From assembly GCA_012295275.1 (NCBI GenBank), contig CM022667.1, positions 22,010,001 to 22,074,000 of the forward strand: 64,000 nt of DNA. Reading direction: 5' to 3'. The notes below the pieces were generated by a model. It was not told the origin of the DNA and did not search any database. It worked only from the letters and a program-made list of their open reading frames with translations. Below are positions 1 through 13,600 of the stretch, piece after piece. Numbering within the stretch: the first letter of the stretch is position 1; every line of letters begins with the position of its first letter. The position numbers were made by a program, and so were the translations under genes. Origin of the DNA: Chrysomallon squamiferum. Lineage: Eukaryota; Animalia; Mollusca.

Positions 1-224
1 ATCCTGCTAATGTGTATTCAAATGCAATCTTAGAAAAATGGTATTTCTATTATTATTATTATTAATTAAAAATAAATTTTCAGTTCAGATATTTTTTAAT
101 TTGCTTCTTAAAGAAATCTCTTTCGGTTTGTTTCCACTAGCTACACACGTATTGAGTCGAATTCCACGGTTGTTTTTTTATGAAATGACTAATGATGTTA
201 TCCATAATGAATCAACATAATACA

Positions 225-271
225 ACTTGGCTTGAATGTCTGGGAGACTGACCTATCGCACATGTAGGCTG

Positions 272-316
<45 letters not shown>

Positions 317-781
317 TGTATATATGTATCAGATTAGTTTACTAGAAAAACGTAATGACATTAGTTTGTAGATTAGACATAGAATACATGTAGAATCATA
401 TCAATCATGTGTTTAAATGTATCTCTTTACTTCAAAACGTTTCCATTGCAGATTCAGAAATATTAGAAAATTTAGGGCCAACATTATAGAATAGCATGTG
501 TGAAAATATTTTAGAATAGTCTATAATCATTCATACATGTCCATATACATGGTCGTTTCTGGTGTGATTAATATAATTTTTATATCAGTCTTGATGAAAG
601 TTATAGCTGAATGGTAAGCGTGGGGTTTTTTTAATATTAGATTTTGATATAATCAGGGAAAATTGATGAAAATGTTCTTATTATGCAATAAACAAATGTG
701 TTATAAACAAATTGCGTGTTACTGCCATTTCCACTAACTTATACATTTTACCCCAAACTGGCACAGCTTGTCATCCCTTCA
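225..781 (-). mobile_element. Interspersed repeat, probable DNA-transposon end (copy 1)
   Basis: Reverse-complement match to 30155-30740, for example CCCCAAACTGGCACAGCTT (751) vs AAGTTGTGCCAGTTTGGGG (30170), and TTAGAATAGTCTATAATCATTCATA (511) vs its complement near 30428-30452. Confidence 0.8.
274..312. repeat. (AC)n microsatellite
   Basis: Direct reading. Confidence 0.97.
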
Positions 782-2170
782 TCACATCATTATGAGATGT
801 TAATATTGCCGATATGTATGACGAAGATCTTGCTCTCTTAGGCTCACTATTCATTTTTGTGGAGATGTTGATGCCTTAGTCTCCAGACCAACTTAACTGG
901 AAAATGGCACAATTTAGTCCCCTCTTTAATCAGCATTCAGACAACATGTCTCCGAAAAACAAAGCATTATGTAAATTTCGACAGCGATAAAATCTATGTG
1001 CGATCGCTTTGACAGATACTTGTTACGTTTAACGGCTGTAAATAGTGCAGATCGATCATTTTTGTTTTCTTTATAATGAAATTAATTTCGTTTTGAAAGT
1101 TGAACTTTGTCTCAACACTAGAAACTCCTCTTTATGAAACCATGGATCTTTGAGAGAACTTTACAATGAACAAGTTCCACGCCGTCTAAAGTCACTGTCG
1201 TTCATGTGATGATGTTGGTTTTCAGTTAGAATTAATGTTATGTTAATTGTTTATTTAATTAAATTTGCTGATATTCTGACAGTGTTTATTATTTTCTTAT
1301 ATAAACTTCTTTCCTGTCTTTTTTTTCTCTTTCAATTATTTCTTGTTTTTTTCTTTTATTTTGTGTATAAATTTCATTATTTGATCGTAGTTATTTTGCA
1401 TGAATTAACATGCTTTTAAAGAAATAAATGAGGTTTTAAAATTTAAACTATACGTCTTTAAACCAAAAATCCTAAAATGTTAATGAAACTTTAAACGTTA
1501 AATGATGTAAATGATTTGATATTTTCAAAAGACTAACACTGAACATGCACAAACCTTCACGCAGAATAACGTATTTAATTTAAAAAAAAATATAAAAAAA
1601 TAAATAAATAAAAAATAAAAAAATAAATAAATAAATAATTGTAATAACGAACACTATGGAAACTTTATTCTATTTTTGTCATTGTTCGTCAATCTATTCT
1701 TAACGCAAAGAGAATATCTGAGGACCAACAAAGAAAGAAATTAACAAAAAAGAAACGAATGAAATAAATTTTAATTAAATGTTAAATTAAATTAAACAGC
1801 GTACACTGTCGAGCGACAATGAAAGTGGTTGCCATGGATGTAAGATAAACAAACTCATTGCTGTATGGAAAACTGTCTTTGTGTGTATGTCCCGCAGGCC
1901 GAATTTTATTAATTAAGTTGTTGTTAATTAACTGCTAAATATTATCCGCAAAAACTAAAACTACTAATAAAAAATAAAAAATAAATAAGATATATGCAAA
2001 TAATAATAATAATAATGATGATAATGATAGTAATGATAATAATAATAATAATGATGGTGATGATGATAATAATAATAATAATAAAAATTTAAAATAATAA
2101 AAAATTAACTTAGTAAAAATAATATTAATTACATAATTAAATTTTATGATCATTTTCCATCTGAGAGAAA

Positions 2171-2400
2171 GGCCTGTAGTTAGTTAAAACATTATAAACT
2201 GAGAAGCGATGATTACTCACAAGATCGGTACCCCAGCCTTTTCTTTCCTTTTTTTAACCGTTTCCATGATTGATATATGAAAGACAATGGTATATGTTTT
2301 CTGAGTTGAAAAGTGCATGTGAAGGAAAAAATTAATAGTTTCTATTTTTTACATTGTCCCAGAACTGAAATCAGATGTAGATATCAAATCAGTTTTAAAA
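2171..2400 (+). mobile_element. Degenerate SINE relic
   Basis: tRNA-like head (TGTAGTTAGT...AAGATCGGTACC) followed by CCATGATTGATATATGAAAGACAATGGTATATG...AAGTGCATGT, resembling a mollusc SINE core from memory. Confidence 0.4.
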
Positions 2401-2754
2401 CAATAATCTTGGATATTTAATTTACCTTTCTTTACAAAATTGGGTTCAAAGATTATGATTCTACTATCGTTCTAACTGTATCAGTTTGGTTTGTAATGCT
2501 ATTGCTGTCTTCGGATGTATTGTGGCAGGCAGCTATTGAAATCTGATTTTAAATTAGCTTATGGCAGCAAGTATTGTCGCGTGCAACGGATCCGTGCTTG
2601 ATAGGATTAGATACTCTCTACTATTACCACAAACACGATTAAACTATAATGTCGTAAGTAGAAACAATACGATAGTTATAACTGCAAACTTGTCAACCTA
2701 AATTCGAACATTCACTGCCATTTGGCAGTTTTTATTCAACCGATAAATGAAACA

Positions 2755-2756
<2 letters not shown>

Positions 2757-2838
<82 letters not shown>
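2757..2838. repeat. (TC)n microsatellite
   Basis: Uninterrupted TC run. Confidence 0.98.
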
Positions 2839-2840
<2 letters not shown>

Positions 2841-3401
2841 AAAATAGCCAGGCCTATACGATAATCATAGATTCTAATTTTAATGAAAAACCATTCCAGT
2901 TTATTTCTGCTGCGTCACTTGATTCTCAGTTACCTGGTATTTAGAACATTCAGAAGGACATCTTTTTAACGATCTTAAAATAATTAATTAATAAAATACA
3001 CACAGTGTGGATTTGTGGGATATCATAAATATATAATTAGGTGCCTTTAAACTTTTACATCTGCAGAAATTCAAATTCCAGTTCAATAAATAAGAGAGGA
3101 ATCCTATGGCGCCAATCGCCATTACTAAATCAGCGATTGCAGCTGCTTCTTTTGCCAAAAAAGTCATACCGGAAAACTGCAAGGATGCGCGTGCTTTTCT
3201 AGTTGAATCGCCGGATGGCGTCACAGAGAGGGCAGCTAGGGTTAAATTAAGGTGTACAACAGACTCATTTATTAAATAAAATTATTAACTAAATTTTTGA
3301 ACAGTGTTATGATAATATAAAGAAAAAATGACGCACCTTAACAAAAATCAAAAATGATTATTTGATACCTATTTGTTCTATGTATCATCCGTCGACGAAA
3401 A

Positions 3402-3465
<64 letters not shown>

Positions 3466-3503
3466 GCTGTGTTAAAACGAGATACAAATTTTATACGATC
3501 AGT

Positions 3504-3588
<85 letters not shown>
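3402..3588. repeat. (AAT)n followed by a compound (GT)n(GA)n microsatellite
   Basis: AAT run about 3402-3464, GT 3505-3522, GA 3523-3588. Confidence 0.98.
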
Positions 3589-3592
<4 letters not shown>

Positions 3593-4509
3593 AAATTATA
3601 TCTAGGGATGTAATCCATGATTTAACGAAAGGGAGGCGGCAGAAAGATTTCATTTTGAACCGGGTATGATTCGCGTTTATAAATAATAGGGGCAAAATCT
3701 AATAACTAAAAGACTGAGAATATAGGTTTAAGAAAAGTACCACAATATTATCATCTGTTGTTATGAAAGACAGTTCGGCTAATTTGGGAGGAATAATATC
3801 AGTTAATGTATGATAGCAGCAGTTTATATCATTTTTTTTATTTGTTTAACACTGATAATCTTCACAAATAGCAGCCAACTGTGTTTTTCGCTTAGCAACA
3901 TATTATCCTCTCAGCATTAAAAAACAATTAAAAACAACAACAACACAAAATTGTCAGCAGCTTAGGGTATTTCTGGATCTCTTAACTTGTAATACTGTCT
4001 GAAGCTCTCCGTGTTATATGCGTTAAGAACATTAATTTTTCTGCTGGTAAAAGCTAAGAAGTCAAGATGGCAATTCTCTGCTTTAATAAATCTTACAGGT
4101 ATATAATGTTATAATCTTAATTCCACCTGTCACTGCTGAAAAACAAATGGCATAAGCACATTATATATTGCTTCTTACATTCTTTTTTATTTTCAAGGTG
4201 AACTTCAGTTGGCTGGTAGTGTATATTACACATACAAAAAGATAAATATAGAACAGAGAGACATTTGTTATAAATATAATTAATCAAAGGACTTCATCCA
4301 TGTAATTCAATTACATCTTAATTGAGTTAATTTAATTATACTTCACCGGAAGAAATAATTAAAAGAAAATAATTTGTATTTAAAAAAATCAACAAAACAA
4401 AACTAAATAGCAGCAATTTATTTTATTAAAAACTGATTTACATATTCGTTTAGTTATTATTATTATTGTTTATTATGTGTTACTTGTTCTCTAAGCTGTG
4501 CAAAGCTTG

Positions 4510-4517
4510 TGACGTCA
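4510..4517 (+). promoter_or_regulatory. Full palindromic CRE site about 420 bp upstream of the putative Cas start codon
   Basis: TGACGTCA in a locally CpG-containing patch; a half-site TGACGTG occurs near 4813. Motif match only. Confidence 0.35.
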
Positions 4518-4930
4518 TACCAAGGTGAGATAATCCGAATACCTTATATTGCGACATCGCCAGCAGACAACCCTCCTTTTTTTTTCTTTTCTTCATTCCC
4601 TCTTTATTTGTTTATTAATATCATTTCTTAAAATTTTATTTTGTTTCAGGCTCTCATTTAGTTAATAGCTGTGTATAGAAACTAGATTTCTTGTGATACT
4701 CATAGTCAAACTGGCTGAATCATTTACGACCTAGAACCCAGTTAATATTATATATAAATATGTATATGTATGTATGTATATATATATATATATATGTTGT
4801 TTTTTTTTCCCCTGACGTGCAGCGATGTGAAAAGTAAATCACAGTGTCGTGTTGATCTGGCTAGTAATTCATAGGTTGCCATAAAGCCTCTGTTATAGAG
4901 AGATTATTTCACTTTAAAGACGTCGGAGCA

Positions 4931-4945
4931 ATGTCTCAGACACAG
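4931..4945 (+). CDS. BCAR1: p130Cas/BCAR1-family gene, putative first coding micro-exon (MSQTQ)
   Basis: ATG TCT CAG ACA CAG followed by donor GTACGT at 4946. Phase 0 matches the acceptor at 18507-18508. Vertebrate Cas genes also start with a few-codon exon before the SH3 exon. Not proven, because the SH3 exon itself begins with ATG. Confidence 0.6.
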
Positions 4946-7900
4946 GTACGTAGACAAATATTAAATAATTATAATCAGATCGTTAATTGTATTAGTTAAT
5001 GTGGATACGTTTCAATACAGAACATGATAATAACACTTTTAGTTTCAGTATTTTAATTAAATAATTGATTTCTTCCACTTCATGATCTGACACATAATAT
5101 TTCAACTAATTATTACAGTTAATCAGTTACATATTGTGAATATCAATATTAAATGTTAAATTATTAAGTGTTAAATTAAGGTGAATGGATTTTTAAATGA
5201 TATTATAACTATTAACAGTTTTATGACTTGAAGCTATTAATCAGTAATTTAATAGTGATTAGAGGTTACATCTTTTTAACTTGTAATTTATGAAAGGTGA
5301 TAAACAAGAATATATGAAACTATACTGGCTCCAGCGAAATTTTTTCAGGTATATAAACACATCAGTCAATTCAGGTGCAGCTATCATAAATATACCAAAT
5401 CATGTCAGGTTTGAAAATGTCTTGTCTAAACAGTGATTCACCTATGACAGATTTTGGTATTCTATGAAGTGTTTGTCATTTACCTGTTATATTGAAGGCA
5501 GTTTGCACCTCATGTTTTAGAGTACAGTGGAAATTTCTGTAGTGAAGGTTTTAGATTTCATACATGCATTTTTCAGTATAATGTTTTTCTACAGAATGTT
5601 ATTATTAAATATTACTGTGTTATTGAATGATCAATTCAGTTCAAGAAAATCTTTAGAACATTCACAACTAGTTATAATTATCTGAGTTGTTTGTCCTACA
5701 AGTCAGTTTCAAAACGCATTTTACAATGCTGTTAATGTAAAAAGCAGGTTTATCACTAAGAAGGATTGGTCCTGTGATATGAGGTTACCCAAGTGCACAT
5801 TACACCTATTTTAATGTTTTTGTAATGTGAAAATATGGTTCTAAAAGACAAGATTCATACACATAGATAAAGCTGGTGTTTGTATATATGAAGTGTTTTT
5901 AGTTCATTGTTTTTATGTACAAGTGTGTGTGTGTTTGTGTATGTGTGTGTGTGTGTAAAGCCTGTTAAGCCTGTTATATTATTAGCTGATGTTTTTATGC
6001 ACACACACACAAATTATTAAATTGATATTTCTTCAGTTCTTATTTTGCATATGGAATCTTTTAATTATATAAACCAATTAAAAAGATTTAAAAAAAAATA
6101 ACAAAGACAATTTTTTGTATTGTATTAAAGTTTAACCTTTAAAGATGAAAATACCTCTATTTCTTTCACTTACTAATTTATTTTTAATGGCATATATGTA
6201 TTTCTTATTATAACCAGAAAGTATTGTTTCATGATTTATAATTGTTATTTAGAAATACATCTTGACAAACTTCTATAAATTATTACTGCTGTCAGTTTCA
6301 AGCTTTGTCTAAAGCAATTTCTTATAAAAACAAACTGTGAAGACAAATTGCTACAATTTGAGTCATTCCTTAGTGGGTTTCAGCTACCATCAGGCTGGAA
6401 TACTATTTTACTATGTCATTTATCACTAGAGGTCAATGTCCTAAAGGTCAAGTTGCTACCAACACTAATGAATAGGGTTCATACAAGGGATACCATTCTT
6501 TTAAAATTAATTTGGTAAATGTTTTTAAGCTGTTTTCAACCTGTATTAAATTAAATAATTACTGTTATGAAGATAGATTTTCTTAATATGACTTATTGGC
6601 ATTTCAATTATTTAGCAATATTTTCTGAATAACTGGGTTAATGCAAAGATGATTTTTTGTTAACTATTTAAATCATATTTAATTTATTTTAAATCTTATT
6701 CAAGCACTGTGTAATATGTTGCAATATTTTTATTTTGAATTTTTTTTTAAAGTAAAACATCTTAACCATCAACATAGAATTAAATATGTATATTCACATT
6801 GGTATATTTCAAATTTAATAATGATAGATTAGAAATCATAGAGGCTGACCTGATCATTGAACTGGAGAGTAAATAACAAAGTTGTATATGTTAATTTTTA
6901 TCAAAAATGAAATCTTTTAATCATTGTGAGTTATTAGTTGTTTAAGGTTGGTACTTTAGGTAGTTGAATTTTTGCTAAATTATCATTGGTGTACTGTATA
7001 GCTGGTGGCAGAAGGGATTATTGTTATTGTAAAAAAATATATTTAATAAGCATATGATGAGGAAACCCCAAAGTTGGATGCATTTATTATAATAAAATAT
7101 CTTAAAATCTAACAATAATAGGTTTAAAATCCAGATTCTAAATTTTTTTTTGATCATTTTTATCATTGGAATCTGTGGCAGTTTTGTATTGTAACTGTTT
7201 AAAAATTGGTCAGATTGCACATGCTTAATATATAATTAAGTTAGTATTTTTGAATAAAGAATTTAGTTCAGTAACATGATTTCTTTTTCTTTAAAACTCT
7301 TAATATATATTTGAATTCTGTTATTGAATATTCAGTTTCTGAGATAATGTTAAAATTAGCGGTGAGGAAAAAATTTGTATAATAATTTGCTGTTCCTTCA
7401 TTTGACCTGATTTTGGCTGACATTTGCAATCAATAAACGTTCAAGTCCTTTTCTTAAAAGTCAGTTTAGATTGTCTTAAGTCAAATCACTGACCAGTTAC
7501 TTGCACCTTGGTCATGGCTTGCCGCACGTCACTATAGTAGAAACCAAATATTGTTAAAACTGCTTTAGCAACATGGTTTTTTTATGATGATGTAAATAGA
7601 AAGAGCAGTTAGATTTTTAATTTAATAATTTTAGAAATGATTTTTTATAAATATATAAGAAATTATGTCAATGATATACAGTTACAGATAACTGAATTCT
7701 TTGAAGTCATGTGATTAAAATACAAATCAAAAGATATACTAAAGATCTCCCTTAACTTGTTTAGATAGATGAATTTGCTCATTAAATATAATCAGTTAAA
7801 AATGTTCTTTTTGTTATATTTTCAGACATAACATGATGCACTTAAATTTATTTTTGTTTGGGGGTAATTGTTTTATATAAATATGAATGTGTGTGTAAAC

Positions 7901-10439
7901 TGATTTGTACCTGGAATTTCAATAATTGCATCAGTTTTATTCAATATTCTGTGCTTCATACTTCAGTATTAGTATATTTATCCAAGTACGAAAGCATATG
8001 AATTCATAATCATTTTTATTTCAGTCTATTTTATTATGATTATTTATTTATTTATTTGTTAAATTCAATTTTTTAATTCATTTCTTTTTCCAGATATTGA
8101 TACTACCATCACAGTAGTTGTTTTACACAAACATAATGTTTCATGAGATTGTGGAAATATTAACTCATGAATATTCACACCAGGTTCTAGATTCCAAGTG
8201 TTATCTCTGTGCATGATAAAATTAATTAATTTAGGCCACAGCAGCTGTTGACACAAGCAGTCCATTATAACCCCATTGTAGATCATACACTGTACTTTTG
8301 GCACCAGTATTTATATAAAGATAATAAATCATAATCTAATATAGGACTTAATTTAATTTATTTTTAATACATTGTGTTTTAATCAAAAACAGACCTTTTT
8401 GGCAATATAAACAAATATTAGTATAAATTTAATTGTTATAAAATTTAATATTAAATGAATAACAATTATTATTTTATATTTATTTTTGCTATATTTTATT
8501 TTTATTTTAAATTGTAGCAAAGTAAATTAGATATTTTTGGAAAAACATATTTTTAGTAAAAGCTTTATTTAAATATTTAAACAAATTATTATTATTATTA
8601 TTATTCAAGAACTAATATCAAACTTAATATATTTACAGCTAATATTTTATATAATACCTAGCCTTTCAATGACAGTAACTTAAAATATGTCTGACAAAGA
8701 CTATACTTTGGTGGTGGTTATCCACTGATATTGTGTTATTGTTGTCAATCTTGAACTGCAAATTTGTTGAGGCTAATGAAACTAAACATAACTTCTTCGG
8801 TTATTGAAAACAATTCAGTAATGCTACATTGTGAGATATGTAACCAAAAACCCTATCAACTATTAGTTGCAATTTGTTTTGGTGCCATATTTGTTGAAAT
8901 GTATTATACTTCAAATTTTAAAAAGTCTGGAGATAGCTGAAAATATTTACTTATTTCAATTTATTTTATTACTAGCCATATTACAAACTAAATGATAATG
9001 GTTGAAAACTGAACAAACATTTAGACATTAAGTTTAATAAATTACGTATTTTATATTTTGTAAGCACCATATAGTCTTCAAGAGCAGATAGTTCATTTAT
9101 CAGAAATGAAAATTCAGTTTTGCTTTGACATTATGAATAACAAATGTGAACATACTTGCATTAAAATGTATATTTGTGAATATTTACCGAAAAAGTAGTT
9201 CTTTAACAGAAGAAACATTATTGGTAACACTAAATAAAACTGAGCAATATCTTAAAATATTATAATGACATCAATTTATGCTTCATTAAACTTTCATAAT
9301 TAAGATTTTTTCAACACTTCATTCTGTTGTTATTATTATTTCTTTTTTATATATCACATAAAAGAAAGAAATAATAATAATAACAACAGAATGAAGTGTT
9401 AAAAAAAAAATGTTTGGTCAAAAGACCAATTTTTTAAATTTTGTGTTTTCTTGCAATCCATAGCAGGTGTAAGCTTGCTCGGCATTTTAATTTTATTTTT
9501 GAAAATGTAATCTAAACCATAAAAACAATATTGTGCACCTGGCAGCAGCAAGTATGAAGATACATTTGGTACACATTTGATAAACAAAAATAGATAAATT
9601 ATCTTTATGTTCTGGTTTAGACTTCCTGTGAAAACTTGAGCTTAAAGATTTCATTTGGTCTCTGGAGTGATGGGAACAGCAGGATAGCAAGCATGAAGTG
9701 GCTTAGGTTTGGATACTAGCTGATGATAAATCCTAGTATTTGTAGCCAGATTTGCATCAGAAGAATTTAAGAGATAACTTGTTACACATTGATATATTTA
9801 CCATTTCTTTTGAATATTTTTATCTTCTATAAAAATGACTGTTAACTACACAGCTTTAGTGACCACTATAGATGTTAAGATTTTAATTTCTACAACAATG
9901 CCCAAGTATCATCTTTGTCTACCATTGTTCCATTTTTTGCTGCTGTGTATTGCAGTTGTGAAGAAGTTAATGAGGATATAATAACATTTTAGCTGATTTT
10001 AATTTCAATGGTTTCTGGCAAAATACAACTATCAGATAAAAGGAGAGTGTTATTGATTTTAATTTGGTCTTTATTATCTATATTCATATACATTAAGAAT
10101 GGTAGTTTGATGTACAGATGAAACAGTTTTTATTTTTAGAATACATTTGAATGGATGCATGCTTGTATGGATAATTAATGACTATACAGAGGAAGGTTTA
10201 TTTATTTATCATAGATAAAATAATTGATTATTTTGCTTCTTTAATAAGTAAAGTATAATGAATACAAAATGTTGCATGCAATTACTTGGGGTTTCTAAAT
10301 CTATTATTATTATTTTCTTAACTTTTGTAATTGGTTTCTCCAGTTAGAGCTCAAAGCACTGGTTAGAAAAGTAAGTATTGTAACTGAATCAGAGTAAACT
10401 TAGTTTTTATTTCATTGATTGACAGAAGCTCCACCTCCA

Positions 10440-10640
10440 TTTCAGGCTGCAGGCCTGCCTGACAGCTGGCCTTATTCACTCTTTCCACTAATGCAGCTGG
10501 CTATATTTAGCTAAGGTGGAGAAGATGGCCAACCCTGTTTCTGCTGTGTAATAAACCCAACATCATACATGCCAGTCCTTTAACACTGGCCATTGGGATT
10601 AAACAGGGGAAGTGTTGTTGTCTGTGACATTCCAGACCTG
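10440..10640. promoter_or_regulatory. Candidate muscle-type enhancer in Cas intron 1
   Basis: GC-elevated block with CAGCTG E-boxes (10463, 10494), a MEF2 consensus CTATATTTAG (10501-10510) and an MCAT/TEAD CATTCC (10628). Confidence 0.4.
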
Positions 10641-13600
10641 ACCTGACAGCCATGTAAGCTAAGCTCACTTGCTTTAAGGTGTGCTGAGACAGATATACTT
10701 ACTGTTGGGACAACAATAGAAATATTCATACAAACTGTTTTACTTTGAACTTTGTGACTCACAGAGAGTTAGCAGATTGAGTGAATACAAGTTGAGTAAG
10801 TTACTGTTTTATAGTGTGAGATAATATTTACTTGAACAGATCTGACCACAAGTTTGTGAAAGATCTATATAACTGCTGTGTTTTCAAATCAAGGCCATTT
10901 AAAAAGTGTTGGAATACAGATAATTCAAGATAAAATAAATTAACTGACACATCATCACAAGTTCAAGGCTTATCATGTTTGTTCAGTGTGTTTGGTGATT
11001 TCTTATTTATTTATTTATTTTTAAGATAAAGACCATTTTTGTAATAATTGGTTTCCACTTTTAAGCTGCTTGTGTACTTGGAAGAATCACATATGTCCTT
11101 GGAAAATTATAAAATAAAGTTAAGAAAAGCTGTTTAATCAGAGTAAACTGTGAAACAGGCATCTTTAGAATACAAAAAACTACTGTCAAAGGAGGAGACT
11201 GAAATTGTTTATCTTTTCACATTTATGTGATTGTTCTATGGAATTTACAAATAATCTGTGATGTTTTCCTGTGTAAAAACATTGGATATGGGCTGACAAA
11301 GTGTTCTTAAATTTGGATGGGGAAACATTGTTGTTCTGAGAGGCAAAGAACATGGAAGAACAAGAGAATTCTGAATCTGCTAGTGAGGTTGGGTAACATT
11401 TTTATATAATAATTTGTTTACTGTAGTTGGAAAAATATATATGCATGAGGATCTTGGTGACGTGTACATGTAAAAGATAAAGAAGAGAAAATGTATTTTT
11501 GAATGAGAAAGAAAACCAATAATAAGTCTTGACATTTTTTTCTTTCCTTTTAGAGGAGTTTAGTAAATCTGTTATAATAATCAATTCTCAGTGTGTACAT
11601 TATTTCATTTATTGATGAGAATGATATCAATTTATAATCTTTTCTTTGTTGCATAAACAAAACATACAGCTTATGCACAAAATGTAAAGAGCTCCTCTAA
11701 TCTACACAATTATAAATAAAATTAATTTATATTTGCATTTGTATTTCCACATTTAGATATTCTTATATTTAATTATCATAAATAATAAAACACACATAAA
11801 GTTGATGTCTCAGATTAATAAAACTTAAACAGTTCTTTTTTTTTCTTCTTTGTTGATGTCTGGGTTGTATGTCAGGTGATACTTTCAGCTCAAACAAAAA
11901 TCTGCTTGCTTGGCAAGTTTGGTTTTATGTTGTTTAGATGTCGCCAGGCAGGTGTCTGTGAAAATGTTCATGGTTTACCTCACACAGTCATAATGTAGCA
12001 AATAAATACCACAGTTTTATATCTTCAACATTGTTTTATTTATTGTGTTGTCTTGCAATTATTAATTATATGTTTTTCTGTGACAATAGTAAAAGATTTA
12101 CCTACTCATAGATACTCAAATAGAATATTTTTAATATAATAAAGAGAGATTCATCAGATTTTAGTGTTCATTGTATGTCTGTGCACATAACTCATATAAA
12201 AATGTATGTATCTAGGATTTATGAAATCTGAAACATTTTTATCAATTTATTAACAACAAATAGTAATACACTTAAATAAAGTACTTATGATGTATATATT
12301 AATAACCTATAATTTAGTCTAAGTATTCATTTATCAGTAATTGGTATCTATATATTTGCTGATGTTATCATTGCTGTTTTCATTGTCTGAAAATGTTATT
12401 TGAATAATGCAATGCCATTTGAAACAGCTATCAAAACTGTAGTTAAAGAATGTATAGAATGGAATGTGTCATATCCTTAATAAATTACCCAAGATCTAAA
12501 CATTATTTATAATACATTAAAACTCATCTCTGTACAAAATGTATAAAAGATGTAGCAACAGGTTTGTAATGAAAAGAGTAAATATAAAAATTATAAATTA
12601 TGCTGCTTTCTTGTGAGGTGGAGTCAGAAAATATTCTGATTGGCACAAGTATTATATTGCTGTAATCTGTCACCCCTGACTGCTAAAATAGATTGCTGCC
12701 ATGTTTGTGATGTAAAGATTTTGTCCCAACCTAACAATGCATCAATTTTGTAACTGTCCATGCTATATAAAAATACAGAAAAAACTGAATAAATAAATGA
12801 ATGATGAACATTTGTTTAATATCATATAAAACATGTTTGAGAGTCAAATATATAATTTTTGTATCGCAGTACTATAAAATACATATATATCTGTTTAAAG
12901 GGCAGATAGGTTTTAGCACTAAAATGTCTTCCATTCTAAGATATTTTAATATTACTTAAATGTAGACTAGTTATTTCTAGGAATAAAAACAGTTGTGGCT
13001 TATTTACCATTGTTGTTACTTCTGGGAGTAATAAATATTTCTACTAACTTGTTCTGGTTGTCATTAATCCATGTCATAATGCAGACTTGCTATCTCTGCT
13101 TATGCACATTTTAACCAAAGCAGATTTTCAGGTAACCTGTTCAGATCCTGTATTTATCATAATATGGCTACAAGTATAACTGAAGCACCTGGAAAGCCAC
13201 CACCTGACTGTGAATGCCAACATTTTCTCAATGTAATGTGGCCAAGGGTTATAGTCTGTGTTGTAAACAGCCTAAAGTTATTTAACCCAGTAATGTGAAA
13301 TCAACTGTTATAGTCAGTTGCTGTAAAAAGTAAGTAAACAGACAAACAGGTATTTATCTTGAAGGTATTGTTTCTCTTTCTATAAGATTTTAAACTATAT
13401 AAAATACACACTGTCATCATTATTTTTATTTTTATGTAATGAATAATAGAAAGATATATTTTATAATTTTGTTCAGGTATTTATATAAAAGTCCATTGCC
13501 ACTTTCTGTTAACAAGTTCTTGAAACTATAGTAAAATGTAGATCAAAATAAGTTTCACTAACAAGATAAATACTCGTTTGAGTATGAGTATCAATTACCT

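Noticed and set aside
2747-3695. ORFs with poly-SL, poly-I and poly-ER runs
   Set aside because: They are translations of microsatellites.
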